From positions 25,542-89,541 of the forward strand of contig CANQAN010000007.1 of the NCBI GenBank assembly GCA_947588965.1: a DNA stretch of 64,000 bases. The letters run 5' to 3'. This document shows positions 17,516-26,807 of the stretch, in pieces. The number at the start of each line of letters is the position of its first letter. Positions within the stretch are counted from its first letter, which is position 1. This DNA comes from an uncultured Helicobacteraceae bacterium. Its GTDB lineage: Bacteria > Campylobacterota > Campylobacteria > Campylobacterales > Helicobacteraceae. Both the position numbers and the translations under genes were made by a program. Below the pieces are notes generated by a model, which was not told where the DNA came from, ran no database searches, and saw only the letters and a list, made by a program, of their open reading frames with translations.

Positions 17516-18025
17516 CTAGAAAACGATAGGTTTGTAGAGTATTTCTAGAATTTCATAATCCACGCGACCCTTTGGTAAGCTCACACTCACTTCATCGCCA
17601 ACTTCTTTACCTAAGAGCTGTTTTGCTAAAGGGGAATGATAGGAGATGAGACCCTTTTCGGGATTGCTTTCAGTGGCACCAACTATGGTGTAGGTGAGGG
17701 TTTCTTCTGTGTCTAGATCTTCTAGCTTGATCGTAGAACCAAAGCTTACTTTGTCATGAGAGAGGCTTGATGGGTCAATGACGCGAGCCTCAGCAACGAT
17801 TTGTGTCAGCTCGTTGATACGAGCATCTAAGAATAATTGTCTCTCCCGTGCGGCATGATATTCTGCATTTTCTTTCAAGTCCCCATGTTCTCTTGCTGTG
17901 TCAATTTCAATAATGTTTTGGGGACGCTCTACTTCTTTAAGATTCTTAAGTTCATTAATGAGCTTATTGTAGCCATATTCTGTCATGGGTTCCACAAAAG
18001 ATTCCTTTGTCTGTAAAATAAACAC
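17516..18025 (-). CDS. greA: Transcription elongation factor GreA
   Basis: GDLKENAEYHAARE motif, and overall collinear with Helicobacter GreA as I recall it. The exact start is uncertain: track Met at 18025, or the internal Met at 17986. Confidence 0.93.
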   Translation of the reverse strand: MFILQTKESFVEPMTEYGYNKLINELKNLKEVERPQNIIEIDTAREHGDLKENAEYHAARERQLFLDARINELTQIVAEARVIDPSSLSHDKVSFGSTIKLEDLDTEETLTYTIVGATESNPEKGLISYHSPLAKQLLGKEVGDEVSVSLPKGRVDYEILEILYKPIVF

Positions 18026-18161
18026 TCACAAAACTGCGTTCATTGGGCATTTTGCAATTGTTTTAAGGGTTAAATTTCTAGAATTTTATATGCGCATTTT
18101 TGCATTTTCACACTTTAAATGTAATAAAACTTTTTATTTTTTGTAAAAATTATAATGCGCT

Positions 18162-18755
18162 CTAATTTTCTTTGTTTTCTGTTGCTTCTATCATAAGGAT
18201 TTGCAAGAGTTTAAGCAATTCATTTTCTAGGAGTTTGCATTGAGATTCTATTTCTTCAAGCGCATTTGAAAGGATTTTTGCAGAATGAAATTCAACATAT
18301 TCTTTAGCAGGATTGGCAAGGAGACGCTGATGTTTTTGGTAGGAGACTTCAAGTTTTTGCAGGGGCTTAAGTGCTGCTTTGGGGCTGTCTTTTATGATGG
18401 TTTGAATGGAATGTAGGATTTCTTGGAGTTTGGCACATCTTTCATGTAATTGTTCTGCATTTAAGCTATCCTGTATCCTAGAATGTGTGGAATCAGATTG
18501 TTTTGTGGTAGCATTAATGGATTCTTGCAGTTCTCTGTTTTTTTCTTCAAGTTCTTTGTTTTGTGCGTTGAGTAATGCGTTTTTTGCCGATGTTGCGTTG
18601 AATGATTCTATAAGGGACTCTTTATCCTTTTGCAGCTGTGCAAACTCTTCGTTAAATTCTTTTCTTGCTTCTTCAAATATCGCATAAATTTGCCATGATT
18701 CTTTGATCTCCTCTAGCTTTTTTGTGAGCGTATGCAAAGAAGTGAAATCTTGCAT
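18162..18755 (-). CDS. Coiled-coil protein, function unknown
   Basis: 197 aa. Almost entirely heptad-like and rich in E, K, L and Q. Its start shares one base with the stop of the upstream NUDIX gene. Confidence 0.55.
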   Translation of the reverse strand: MQDFTSLHTLTKKLEEIKESWQIYAIFEEARKEFNEEFAQLQKDKESLIESFNATSAKNALLNAQNKELEEKNRELQESINATTKQSDSTHSRIQDSLNAEQLHERCAKLQEILHSIQTIIKDSPKAALKPLQKLEVSYQKHQRLLANPAKEYVEFHSAKILSNALEEIESQCKLLENELLKLLQILMIEATENKEN

Positions 18756-19360
18756 TAATGGTCTCCGTAGTTCTTAAGATACCAAAGGAATGCAAACATA
18801 ATGCCCGATGTTTTAGGATAAGATGAATCCAAAATAAACTCATAGGCTGTTTGTCTTGGGATGAAAATGACTTCAATGTTTTCATCATCAATGCCTCCGC
18901 CATCATTTTGTCTGTAGGATTCATCAAGAATCGCAAAGAATAGCGTCTGTTTGCTTCCTGCAAAACCAACGGAGCTATAAAATTCTGTGATGATGTGGAG
19001 ATTTTCTAGGGGGACTTTGTAGCCACATTCTTCTAAAATTTCTTCTTGCATGATTTCTTGCAAGGATTTATCTTTATCAGTGATTCCTGCACAAAGTTCA
19101 TAGGTATAGCCCTTTTCTGCCTTTGTGGTGGGGGGTTGTTGAGAATCTTTTAAAAAGACAGCAGGGCGAAATTGTTTGACAATGACGAAAGAATCCTTTT
19201 CCCTATGGTAGAGTAGGGCTGCTACGCTATCATGAGCCTTTATGATATCCCAGCTTCTTTCCTTACCATTTTCGCAAAACAACATACGCATTGGCTTGAT
19301 ATATTGAGAATCCTCACAATTGCAAAAGCGAATGTTTGTGATGTTTTTTGATGACATCAA
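18755..19360 (-). CDS. NUDIX hydrolase
   Basis: 201 aa. Nudix box AGITDKDKSLQEIMQEEILEECGY (Gx5Ex7REUxEExGU-like). Confidence 0.85.
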   Translation of the reverse strand: MMSSKNITNIRFCNCEDSQYIKPMRMLFCENGKERSWDIIKAHDSVAALLYHREKDSFVIVKQFRPAVFLKDSQQPPTTKAEKGYTYELCAGITDKDKSLQEIMQEEILEECGYKVPLENLHIITEFYSSVGFAGSKQTLFFAILDESYRQNDGGGIDDENIEVIFIPRQTAYEFILDSSYPKTSGIMFAFLWYLKNYGDH

Positions 19361-20664
19361 TTGAGATTCTTGTTGTTTTGATTGAGATAGACGATGTGTG
19401 TATTTTGTAGTCCTTTAAAGGGTGCATTTTGCAACTCTTCGGTGAGTGCAACATTGAGGATGTGCTTGTAGTTTTGGGCATTGATAAGAAAAGATTTTTT
19501 TTCTTGACCTTGCAACTTAGAATGCGCTATTTTGAGATATTTGATAGGATTTACGGCGTTTCCATTTCTATAGAGTCCAAAATGCAAGTGCGGACCTGTA
19601 CTTAGTCCTGTACTGCCAACCGTGCCGATACGTTTGCCTTGTTTGACTTGAAGCCCGGCGCGGATGCCCTTGTCAATCTTATGCATATGGGCATAGAGTG
19701 TCTTATAACCATTGTCATGCTGGATGATGACAGTGTTTCCATAGCCTCCCTTTCTTCCTGCAAAAATGACTCTCCCGCTACCAGAAGCGCGAATTGGGGT
19801 GTGCCTTGGCGCTGCGTAATCTGTCCCTAAATGCGGTCTTTTGTAGCCTAAAATGGGATGTTTTCTTCCCATAGAAAAATGAGAGGAGATTCTCTTATAA
19901 TGGAGTGGTGTTGTTAAGAGGTATTTGGTGAGGTTATTTCCCTGCAGGTCATAAAAATGCCCATCATCATGACGTATGATATAATGGCTCTTGTTTTGGA
20001 GCTTGAGCGTGGAGGCCTTAATGTGAGGTGAGCCGAAATTTTTCCCTAAGCGATATTTGCGTTCATAAATAATCGCAATCTGATTCCCCTTCTTGACATT
20101 GCGACGAAAATCCACACTACTCTTGTAGGCTTGAATGATATCGTTTGCTAGGGAATTGTCTCCTGTAGAGCGCACAATGTCATGATAGAGTGAATTATCC
20201 ACAGAGAGCGCAAGAGTGTGTTCTTTAGCAAAATACACAACAGGAATCGCGCGCATTCCATAGCCATTTTTTTGCTTAAATACATGCAGTTGAGAGGTTT
20301 CGTTGATTGGGATGAGGGCTTGTAGAAGTGTTTTACCCTCATAGAGTGTGTAATAAGTGCTCCCGCTAATGATCTCATCGGCAAGTTCTTTATCTTCTGG
20401 TGTCAAATCATAATAAGTTTTAAGAGGAATGGCGTTTTTCTCAAAGAACATAAGCAATGTTTGCCCCTGCTCCCATTTTGATTCTTGGATGGTTGCTGCA
20501 TTGGCAGAGCATAGTCCAAAGATTCCAATTGCGCATAGGATTTTGCGTAATTGGAAAAAGCTTAAAAGATAAGGGATTTTAAAAACGGAATGCAAGAGGG
20601 ATCTAAGAAAAGTAAAAGAGTCACAAAAGTGCCACTTCAAGCACCAAGAGCGCAAAAAACACAT
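19357..20664 (-). CDS. M23 (LytM-domain) peptidoglycan endopeptidase, Csd3/HdpA-like
   Basis: C-terminal HLGTDYAAP ... GYGNTVIIQHDNGYKTLYAHM ... GSTGLSTGPHLHFG. The signal-like ILCAIGIFGLCSANA lies ~40 residues into the track ORF, so the true start is probably downstream (for example in-frame TTG at codon 24). Confidence 0.85.
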   Translation of the reverse strand: MCFLRSWCLKWHFCDSFTFLRSLLHSVFKIPYLLSFFQLRKILCAIGIFGLCSANAATIQESKWEQGQTLLMFFEKNAIPLKTYYDLTPEDKELADEIISGSTYYTLYEGKTLLQALIPINETSQLHVFKQKNGYGMRAIPVVYFAKEHTLALSVDNSLYHDIVRSTGDNSLANDIIQAYKSSVDFRRNVKKGNQIAIIYERKYRLGKNFGSPHIKASTLKLQNKSHYIIRHDDGHFYDLQGNNLTKYLLTTPLHYKRISSHFSMGRKHPILGYKRPHLGTDYAAPRHTPIRASGSGRVIFAGRKGGYGNTVIIQHDNGYKTLYAHMHKIDKGIRAGLQVKQGKRIGTVGSTGLSTGPHLHFGLYRNGNAVNPIKYLKIAHSKLQGQEKKSFLINAQNYKHILNVALTEELQNAPFKGLQNTHIVYLNQNNKNLN

Positions 20665-20807
20665 AAGAAAATCCTTAAGCTAGAGACAAAATTGGGTTTA
20701 AAAGTCAAAATTATACCAAAAAATACGCATTTTGTGGCGATAAAATACAAAAAATATGAAAAGTTTTAAAAAAATGATATTTTTATTTGTTTTTTTTGTT
20801 TTTTGTC

Positions 20808-20813
20808 TATAAT
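20808..20813 (+). promoter_or_regulatory. Candidate housekeeping -10 box (TATAAT) for the small-ORF/flgM transcription unit
   Basis: TATAAT at 20808-20813, about 40 nt upstream of ATG 20854. It is preceded by T8 (20790-20797) and T6 (20799-20804) tracts. Pattern only. Confidence 0.3.
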
Positions 20814-20853
20814 CTAGAAGCAAAAAGCATTTTGCAGGTTTTAAGGATAAAAA

Positions 20854-21048
20854 ATGAAAGATTGGTTTATTCCATCAGTTGGATTTGGGCTTTTTATTTA
20901 TTTTATGTTGTTTGTGATCTTATATACAATTAAGATCGGAGGCCCTAATGTCCCCTTGTATGTAGAATCCAATCAAATTGCTCCTGCAAAGAGCGAGGCA
21001 GAGAAGTTTTTGCAAGATGTTGCAAAGAGTGTGCGCGAATCATTTTAG
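20854..21048 (+). CDS. Small membrane protein
   Basis: 64 aa. AAGGA RBS, one TM helix (VGFGLFIYFMLFVILYTI). First gene of the flgM-containing run. Confidence 0.5.
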   Translation: MKDWFIPSVGFGLFIYFMLFVILYTIKIGGPNVPLYVESNQIAPAKSEAEKFLQDVAKSVRESF

Positions 21049-21062
21049 TTTTTTAAAAAATG

Positions 21063-21070
21063 TCCGATAT
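21063..21070 (+). promoter_or_regulatory. Candidate sigma-28 (FliA) -10 element CCGATATG upstream of flgM
   Basis: CCGATAT resembles the CGAT(A/T) core of FliA-dependent -10 boxes and lies ~36 nt upstream of the flgM ATG. No clean TAAA -35 at the canonical spacing. Confidence 0.35.
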
Positions 21071-21105
21071 GGATTGTAAGATTTGTTTTTTAGAAAGGAG
21101 TAGCA

Positions 21106-21354
21106 ATGATTAGTCATTTGATGAATAATCCGAATTTTTCAAATGCTATTAATCAAGTGGGTAACGCAAATAACAAAAGTGCCACACAGATTAATGCAAA
21201 GAATGACTCTGTTGATGATAAGCAAAAAACCAGCGCAGACAAGAAGGTTTCTAGCTCTAAACTAGAGAGTCTTAAAGAATCCATCCAGAATGGAACATAT
21301 AAGATCGATTTAAGGGGGAGTGCGGAGAAGTTGGCACAAGAATTGCTTAGATAA
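21106..21354 (+). CDS. flgM: Anti-sigma-28 factor FlgM
   Basis: 82 aa. C-terminal KLESLKESIQNGTYKIDLRGSAEKLAQELL is the conserved FlgM sigma-28-binding region. Strong AGGAG RBS. Confidence 0.88.
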   Translation: MISHLMNNPNFSNAINQVGNANNKSATQINAKNDSVDDKQKTSADKKVSSSKLESLKESIQNGTYKIDLRGSAEKLAQELLR

Positions 21355-21380
21355 AAGTAACTTAACTTAAGGAGTTGCTT

Positions 21381-21836
21381 ATGTCTTTGCAGTTTTTAGA
21401 AGGCGCGTTAGAAGATATCAAAGCTCTTATTGCAATTACGGAGCAAGATATTGCGGATATTAAGGTTGCAAACAACGATGCGATTTTTGCGCGGATTCCA
21501 CAAAAAGAAGAATTGACACATTCTTTTATCCTCAAAAAAGAAGCTTATTCAAAGGAAATTGAGGAAAAGCTTAGACGCGAATTTCCTCATAAAGATATTA
21601 CAGAACTCACCTATGAAGAGAAACAATGGTTGCTTGGAGAGGGGGCGAGTGAATACACGGCCGCTTTGCATGATCAATTGAGTCTCTTAAAAGAACTCAA
21701 TTTGCGCTTTGGCAGGATGTCATTAGCGGTTTCTGAATTTTATGATTCACTTTTAAGTAAGATTGTTCCTATTGAAGAGAGAGGTTACAAGAAAAAAGCA
21801 CTAGGTAATGCTTCCTTTTTGCAAACTGAAGTGTAA
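21381..21836 (+). CDS. FlgN-like flagellar export chaperone (conserved partner upstream of flgK)
   Basis: ~151 aa helical protein between flgM and flgK, the same position as the FlgN-like gene in H. pylori. GGAG at 21371-21374 favours ATG 21381 over the track TTG at 21375. Confidence 0.6.
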   Translation: MSLQFLEGALEDIKALIAITEQDIADIKVANNDAIFARIPQKEELTHSFILKKEAYSKEIEEKLRREFPHKDITELTYEEKQWLLGEGASEYTAALHDQLSLLKELNLRFGRMSLAVSEFYDSLLSKIVPIEERGYKKKALGNASFLQTEV

Positions 21837-21848
21837 AAAGGAGTCTTT

Positions 21849-23681
21849 ATGGGTGGCTTACTTTCTTCGCTAAATACTCCTTATACAGGTTTGACTGGAC
21901 ATCAAGTTATGGTTGATGTCACGGGCAACAATATAGCTAATGCAAGCAATGAATTCTATTCACGTCAAGTTGTCCGCAGTGCCGCAGAGACTCCACTTTG
22001 GAAGCAAAATTATGCGTTAGGGCAGGGTTTAGATATTCTAACTATTGAACGTGTGCATGATGAATACACTTTCATGCGCTACAAAAAGGCTTCTATGGAA
22101 GAGACTTACGCATATAATAGCTATTCTGGACTAAGAGAGGCTTCTTCTTATTATCCTGAGATCGATAGCGTTGGAATCTACAACGACTTGCAAGAATATT
22201 TTAATGCTTGGAAAGATATTTCTACAAAAGCGGGAGATCCTGCGCAAAAGATTGCGCTTGCAGAGCGCGCGGGGACATTAGCAAAAAATATTCAAGAAAC
22301 GCGCAATTCTCTAGAATACTTGCAACAAAGATTGAATGATGAGATGAAAGTTGCTGTAGAAGAGGTGAATAGGCTCGGACAACAAATCGCGCAACTCAAC
22401 AAAAAGATAAAAGAATATGAAAATCAAGATCTCAATAAAAAGGCCAATGACTTGCGTGATTTGCGCGATCAATATGAGTTTGAAATCAACAATCTTATGG
22501 GTTGTGATGTGTTCAAAAAAGACGTCAAAGGCAGCGCTTGTGTCAATAAGGACATTGCGGACTTTGATGAGGATTACACTCTGACAATCGGTGGGCGCTC
22601 AATCGTCGATGGAGATTCTTTTCATCCGCTTGTACTTGATAATTCGGAGAATCCGAGTGGAATCTATACAATCAAGTATGTGCGCGGAGATCATAAGCCC
22701 TACAATCTTACAAATGCAATAACAGAAGGCAAGGTTGGCGCACTTTTGGATTTGATCCGCACAGAAGATGTGATAGATTGTAGCGGAACGATCGGGAAGT
22801 TGCAAGTGTATATTAATGATTTGGATAGCTTTGCAAATGGAATCATTGAAGCGACAAATAACATCTATGCAGAATCCTCACAACGTAATGCAAGAAGCGA
22901 TGTTTTGACGCTTTCTGCACAAGACGCGCTCACAACAAGTGGTTACAATATTCATTCAGGGACTTTTAAAGTCGTTATGTATGACAAGGCAGGAAATGAG
23001 CTTGGAGCGCGTGAGGTGAAAATCAACAATCTCACAAACATGATCAGCATCACAGATCAATTGAACGCCAATGTGGATGACAATACCGATGGGAACGCCC
23101 TCAATGACTTTGATGACTATTTTGTCGCCGTCTATAATAATGACACAAAGACTTTTTCTATTGAACCAAAGCCCGGGACAGAATCTCAAGATATTTACAT
23201 CTCCATTCAAGATAATGGCACAAACTTCGCCGGCGCCTTTGGTGTGAATCGCTTTTTTGATGGATATGGGGCAAATGATATTGAATTAGCCTATCAATAT
23301 CGCGATGATCCAACATTGATTCGCGCATTTAGAGAGGCTGTTGATGGGAACTTTGAAGTTGCAAACAAAATGCAACAATTGCAATTTGACAAAATCGTTT
23401 TTACCGATTATAAGGGCGAAGAGAGGACAGAAACCATTAGCGGTTATTTCCGCTATATCGCAGGAAAGGTTGCTTCTGAAACACAAGCCGCAGAGGCTAC
23501 ATTAGAGACAAAAGAAGCTGTTTTGCAATCAACAAAGAAAGAATACACGACGATTTCGGAAGTCTCTATTGATGATGAGCTTGTGAATCTCATACGATTT
23601 CAAAGTGGTTATTCTGCAAATGCCAAGATGGTGACTGCCATTGATGAGATGCTCACCACTCTACTAGGAATCAAACAATAA
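21849..23681 (+). CDS. flgK: Flagellar hook-associated protein 1 (FlgK)
   Basis: 610 aa. N-terminal rod/hook motif LNTPYTGLTGHQVMVDVTGNNIANASNEFYSRQ. C-terminal VSIDDELVNLIRFQSGYSANAKMVTAIDEMLTTLLG. Confidence 0.93.
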   Translation: MGGLLSSLNTPYTGLTGHQVMVDVTGNNIANASNEFYSRQVVRSAAETPLWKQNYALGQGLDILTIERVHDEYTFMRYKKASMEETYAYNSYSGLREASSYYPEIDSVGIYNDLQEYFNAWKDISTKAGDPAQKIALAERAGTLAKNIQETRNSLEYLQQRLNDEMKVAVEEVNRLGQQIAQLNKKIKEYENQDLNKKANDLRDLRDQYEFEINNLMGCDVFKKDVKGSACVNKDIADFDEDYTLTIGGRSIVDGDSFHPLVLDNSENPSGIYTIKYVRGDHKPYNLTNAITEGKVGALLDLIRTEDVIDCSGTIGKLQVYINDLDSFANGIIEATNNIYAESSQRNARSDVLTLSAQDALTTSGYNIHSGTFKVVMYDKAGNELGAREVKINNLTNMISITDQLNANVDDNTDGNALNDFDDYFVAVYNNDTKTFSIEPKPGTESQDIYISIQDNGTNFAGAFGVNRFFDGYGANDIELAYQYRDDPTLIRAFREAVDGNFEVANKMQQLQFDKIVFTDYKGEERTETISGYFRYIAGKVASETQAAEATLETKEAVLQSTKKEYTTISEVSIDDELVNLIRFQSGYSANAKMVTAIDEMLTTLLGIKQ

Positions 23682-23707
23682 GAGCTTAAAGTCTAGTTTG
23701 TAGGGGT

Positions 23708-24922
23708 CTATAGCAAAATGACCTCTACAATTTCTCCCGCTTTTTTGCTGGATTCTAAGATGCAAAGTCCATTTTGCGCATCATCTAGAGGACAGAAATT
23801 ATTTAATATCGCACTTTGAAAGTCTTTTTTGCCCTTAAAGTCTAATGTGAAGTATCCATCGCAGTTGCGGACATTACAGATGCGGAATTCTAGGCGCGTA
23901 TCGTTTTTAACCACATCTTCTGAAAGTGGAATCTTAAGCACGATGTGTTTGTGCGCCGCTCCATTGAGGCGCTGTAAAATTTTTTTTGCGAAGAGTTCAA
24001 AGGTTGTGAGCGTTGAATTGGGGAATCCTGGAAGCCCAAAAAAATGCTTCTTATAAAAACGTGCATAGAATATATGCTGACCGGGCTTGATTTGCACACC
24101 AGCAAAGATGATGTCTTTTGGATTTTCAGCGCAGATCTTTGCAATGAAATCATAATCGCCAACACTCGCTCCACCACTACTTATGACCATATCGCATTCT
24201 TGCAGGGCTAGAGTGAGAGTGTTTTTAATCTCTTGTTGATTGTCTTTTAGAATCGGATAGAGTTTAGGGATTCCGCCATTTTCTCGTACTTTTGCGACAA
24301 GCAAGTGTCCATTAGTGTTGTAGAGATTTGCGGAATCTGTAGGGGATTGACCTAACTCTAAGAGCTCATTTCCACTCACAAGGATTCCAACTTTTGAGCG
24401 CTCAAAAACTTCCACAAAGACGCAATTGAGGCTTGCAAGCAATCCGATATGATTGGCATTAATCTTTGTGCCTTTTTTGAGTAATTTTTCACCCTTTTTG
24501 TAATTGGTACCAATTCCGCGGATAAATTGCCAAGTTTTTGGCATAAGAGTAACTTTGAGTGTTTTGCCTTGAATGATTGTGTGTTCAATAGGAATCAAAG
24601 TGTCTGCATTTTCTGGTATTTTTGCCCCTGTGAATGTTTGAATCGCGCATGGTTTATTAAGAGGTAAAGAGGGAGTTTTCGTGTTTCCTGCGGGATTTTT
24701 GCCCAGAATCTTAAAAGTCTTAGAATCCCTAAAAGATGAGTGAATCGCATAACCATCCATATTTGAGAGAGGAGCAGTTGGCATATCTGTAGGGGCGCAA
24801 ATGTCTGTGGCGAGTATGCGACCAAGTGAATCATACAAAAAGACGCGCTCTGTGCCTAGTGGCTTGATTTTTTGTGCATTTAAGAGGGATTGTGCTTTGT
24901 TGAATGTGATTTTTGTCTGCAT
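23708..24922 (-). CDS. moeA: Molybdopterin molybdenumtransferase MoeA
   Basis: 404 aa. MoeA N-terminal and linker domains (SNMDGYA) and MoCF-binding SSGGASVGDYDFI. Confidence 0.9.
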   Translation of the reverse strand: MQTKITFNKAQSLLNAQKIKPLGTERVFLYDSLGRILATDICAPTDMPTAPLSNMDGYAIHSSFRDSKTFKILGKNPAGNTKTPSLPLNKPCAIQTFTGAKIPENADTLIPIEHTIIQGKTLKVTLMPKTWQFIRGIGTNYKKGEKLLKKGTKINANHIGLLASLNCVFVEVFERSKVGILVSGNELLELGQSPTDSANLYNTNGHLLVAKVRENGGIPKLYPILKDNQQEIKNTLTLALQECDMVISSGGASVGDYDFIAKICAENPKDIIFAGVQIKPGQHIFYARFYKKHFFGLPGFPNSTLTTFELFAKKILQRLNGAAHKHIVLKIPLSEDVVKNDTRLEFRICNVRNCDGYFTLDFKGKKDFQSAILNNFCPLDDAQNGLCILESSKKAGEIVEVILL

Positions 24923-24930
24923 GAGATTCC

Positions 24931-25515
24931 TTAGAGTAAATGTCCCATTTTATTTTTTTTAACCTCTAAATAGTGGGCATTGTGAGCATTGCTTTGTGTG
25001 ATAATAGGCTCACGTTCTAGTGCAATCATTTCTTCAAAGGCTTTAATTTTTGTCGGATTATTTGTGAGGAGGCGGATTTTGCGCAGTTTGTAATATTCAA
25101 AGATGAATCTGACAATCTCATAGTTGCGCTCATCTTCTTTGAATCCTAGTGCGAGGTTTGCTTCTATGGTGTCAAGCCCTTGATCTTGTAAGGCATAGGC
25201 ATTGACTTTATTAAAAAGTCCGATTCCTCTGCCTTCTTGACGTAGATAGATAAGCATTCCTTGCTCTTCTTGGATTCTCTTTAATGCTATGTGCAATTCA
25301 TTTCCACAATCGCACTTTAAACTAAGGAGTGTGTCGCCTGTGAGGCATTCTGAATGAATGCGCACAAGAGGATTTTCTGGTATTTCTTGCGTTTTTATGA
25401 CGAGATGTTCTAGAGCGTGTGCTGTGTGATTGTGGATTATTTTTTCCCTAAAGGAGCGTATTTTAAAGTTCCCAAATTTCGTGGGAAGGTTTGCTTCATT
25501 TGAAATTTCAATCAT
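24931..25515 (-). CDS. ribA: GTP cyclohydrolase II
   Basis: 194 aa. Motifs [16 protein letters not shown] (zinc site) and [11 protein letters not shown]. Confidence 0.92.
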   Translation of the reverse strand: MIEISNEANLPTKFGNFKIRSFREKIIHNHTAHALEHLVIKTQEIPENPLVRIHSECLTGDTLLSLKCDCGNELHIALKRIQEEQGMLIYLRQEGRGIGLFNKVNAYALQDQGLDTIEANLALGFKEDERNYEIVRFIFEYYKLRKIRLLTNNPTKIKAFEEMIALEREPIITQSNAHNAHYLEVKKNKMGHLL

Positions 25516-25636
25516 TTTAAATTCCTAAATTTAAGATAAAATAAAAATTTTTAACCTAGCACATTTATCATAAAAGTGCGTTTAATTTATCGGTTTTTAT
25601 GAAAAATGCGCTACAATGCGCCTTTAGTTTTAAGGA

Positions 25637-26341
25637 ATGGATTTTATGGAAGTTGAAAAGAGTGCAATCAAAAGCGTTGAGGTACAGCAAAGAATCTTGT
25701 CTAAAAACGATAAAATTGCAGAGCAATTGCGGGAGATTTATCGGCAGGAGGATATGTTTGTCATCAATCTTATGAGTTCTCCCGGTAGCGGGAAGACGAC
25801 TTTGCTAGAAAAGATCGCTGCGCATTGTTTGCTGGATTTTAGCGTTGTTGAGGGAGACTTGCAGACCAATCGCGATGCGGAGCGTTTAGAGAAATTTGGC
25901 ATAAAAGCCCATCAAATCACCACAGGAGATGCGTGTCATTTGGAAGCCTCTATGGTTATGGATGCTGTGGAGAGCTTGAGGGAGATTCAAGGGCTTAAAG
26001 AGTATTTGTTCATTGAAAATGTTGGGAATCTCGTGTGTCCTGCAAGTTATGATTTGGGAGCCAATTTAAATATTGTCTTGCTCTCAACGCCTGAGGGCGA
26101 TGATAAGGTTTTGAAATATCCGACAATGTTTTTGTGCGCCGATGCTGTCGTGATTTCAAAATTTGATTTAGCAGAAATTTTTGATTTTAAAATCAAAAGA
26201 GTGCAAGAGGATCTAGCAAAGCTCAAAAAAGACATTCCTCTTTTTGCTCTCTCTTGCTCTAATGTGGAATCTTTGGGCGTATTTTGTGAGTTTGTAAAAG
26301 AAAAAAAGGAGCAGAAATATGTGTCTAGCCATACCTTCTAA
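25637..26341 (+). CDS. hypB: Hydrogenase/urease nickel-incorporation GTPase HypB
   Basis: 234 aa. P-loop SSPGSGKTTLLEK, ENVGNLVCPA and SKFDL motifs. Confidence 0.93.
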   Translation: MDFMEVEKSAIKSVEVQQRILSKNDKIAEQLREIYRQEDMFVINLMSSPGSGKTTLLEKIAAHCLLDFSVVEGDLQTNRDAERLEKFGIKAHQITTGDACHLEASMVMDAVESLREIQGLKEYLFIENVGNLVCPASYDLGANLNIVLLSTPEGDDKVLKYPTMFLCADAVVISKFDLAEIFDFKIKRVQEDLAKLKKDIPLFALSCSNVESLGVFCEFVKEKKEQKYVSSHTF

Positions 26342-26597
26342 AGTGGTTGCTATTGATAAAGAAAACAATCTTGCCACACTTGACACGCTTGGTGTTATGA
26401 GAGAGGCGAGTTTGGATTTGATGGATGAGGATGTGGAGATTGGGGATTATGTGCTTTTGCACATAGGATATGTGATGGGCAAAATTGACGCACAGCAGGC
26501 GCAATTATCGCTTGAGACTTATGAGGAGATTCTAAAATCCATTGAAGAAGAGGAGAATCTCTGCGCAGATTTCACACACAGAGAAAAACAAAATTGA
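26319..26597 (+). CDS. hypC: Hydrogenase maturation chaperone HypC
   Basis: 92 aa. Invariant N-terminus MCLAIPSKV. Overlaps hypB by 23 nt. The C-terminus is longer and more acidic than typical. Confidence 0.9.
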   Translation: MCLAIPSKVVAIDKENNLATLDTLGVMREASLDLMDEDVEIGDYVLLHIGYVMGKIDAQQAQLSLETYEEILKSIEEEENLCADFTHREKQN

Positions 26598-26807
26598 ATG
26601 GACTTGTTGCGCTTAAGGTCTCACAAGAATGAGGAGTGATGCTCAACTTTTTGTATCACTTAGAGACATAAAAGCACAAATGCTTTAATTGGAATCTCTT
26701 ATGATTTAAGGGATCCTAAGGGCTTATGAGTGGATTTGTATAAACACAAAACAAACGCCAATTTCACAGGAACAATCACCACAGAAGCCAGAGCTTCGCG
26801 TCAGTTC

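Noticed and set aside
21049-21105. Possible sigma-54 promoter (GG-N10-GC) upstream of flgM/flgK
   Set aside because: The best candidate (TGGATTGTAAGATTTGT) has the TTG element 2 nt out of register with TGGCAC-N5-TTGC. I found no better match inside flgM or before 20854.
25566-25590. NikR-operator-like TATCATA-N11-AATTTAT upstream of hypB
   Set aside because: The spacing fits TATWATT-N11-AATWATA, but only about 9 of 14 half-site positions match and the halves are not palindromic. In AT-rich promoter DNA this is expected by chance.
26598-26807. hypD relic or structured ncRNA in the hypC-chemoreceptor spacer
   Set aside because: The short ORF MDLLRLRSHKNEE* has no resemblance to the HypD N-terminus. 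Only trivial 5-bp inverted repeats are present. Nothing is supportable without a search or expression data.
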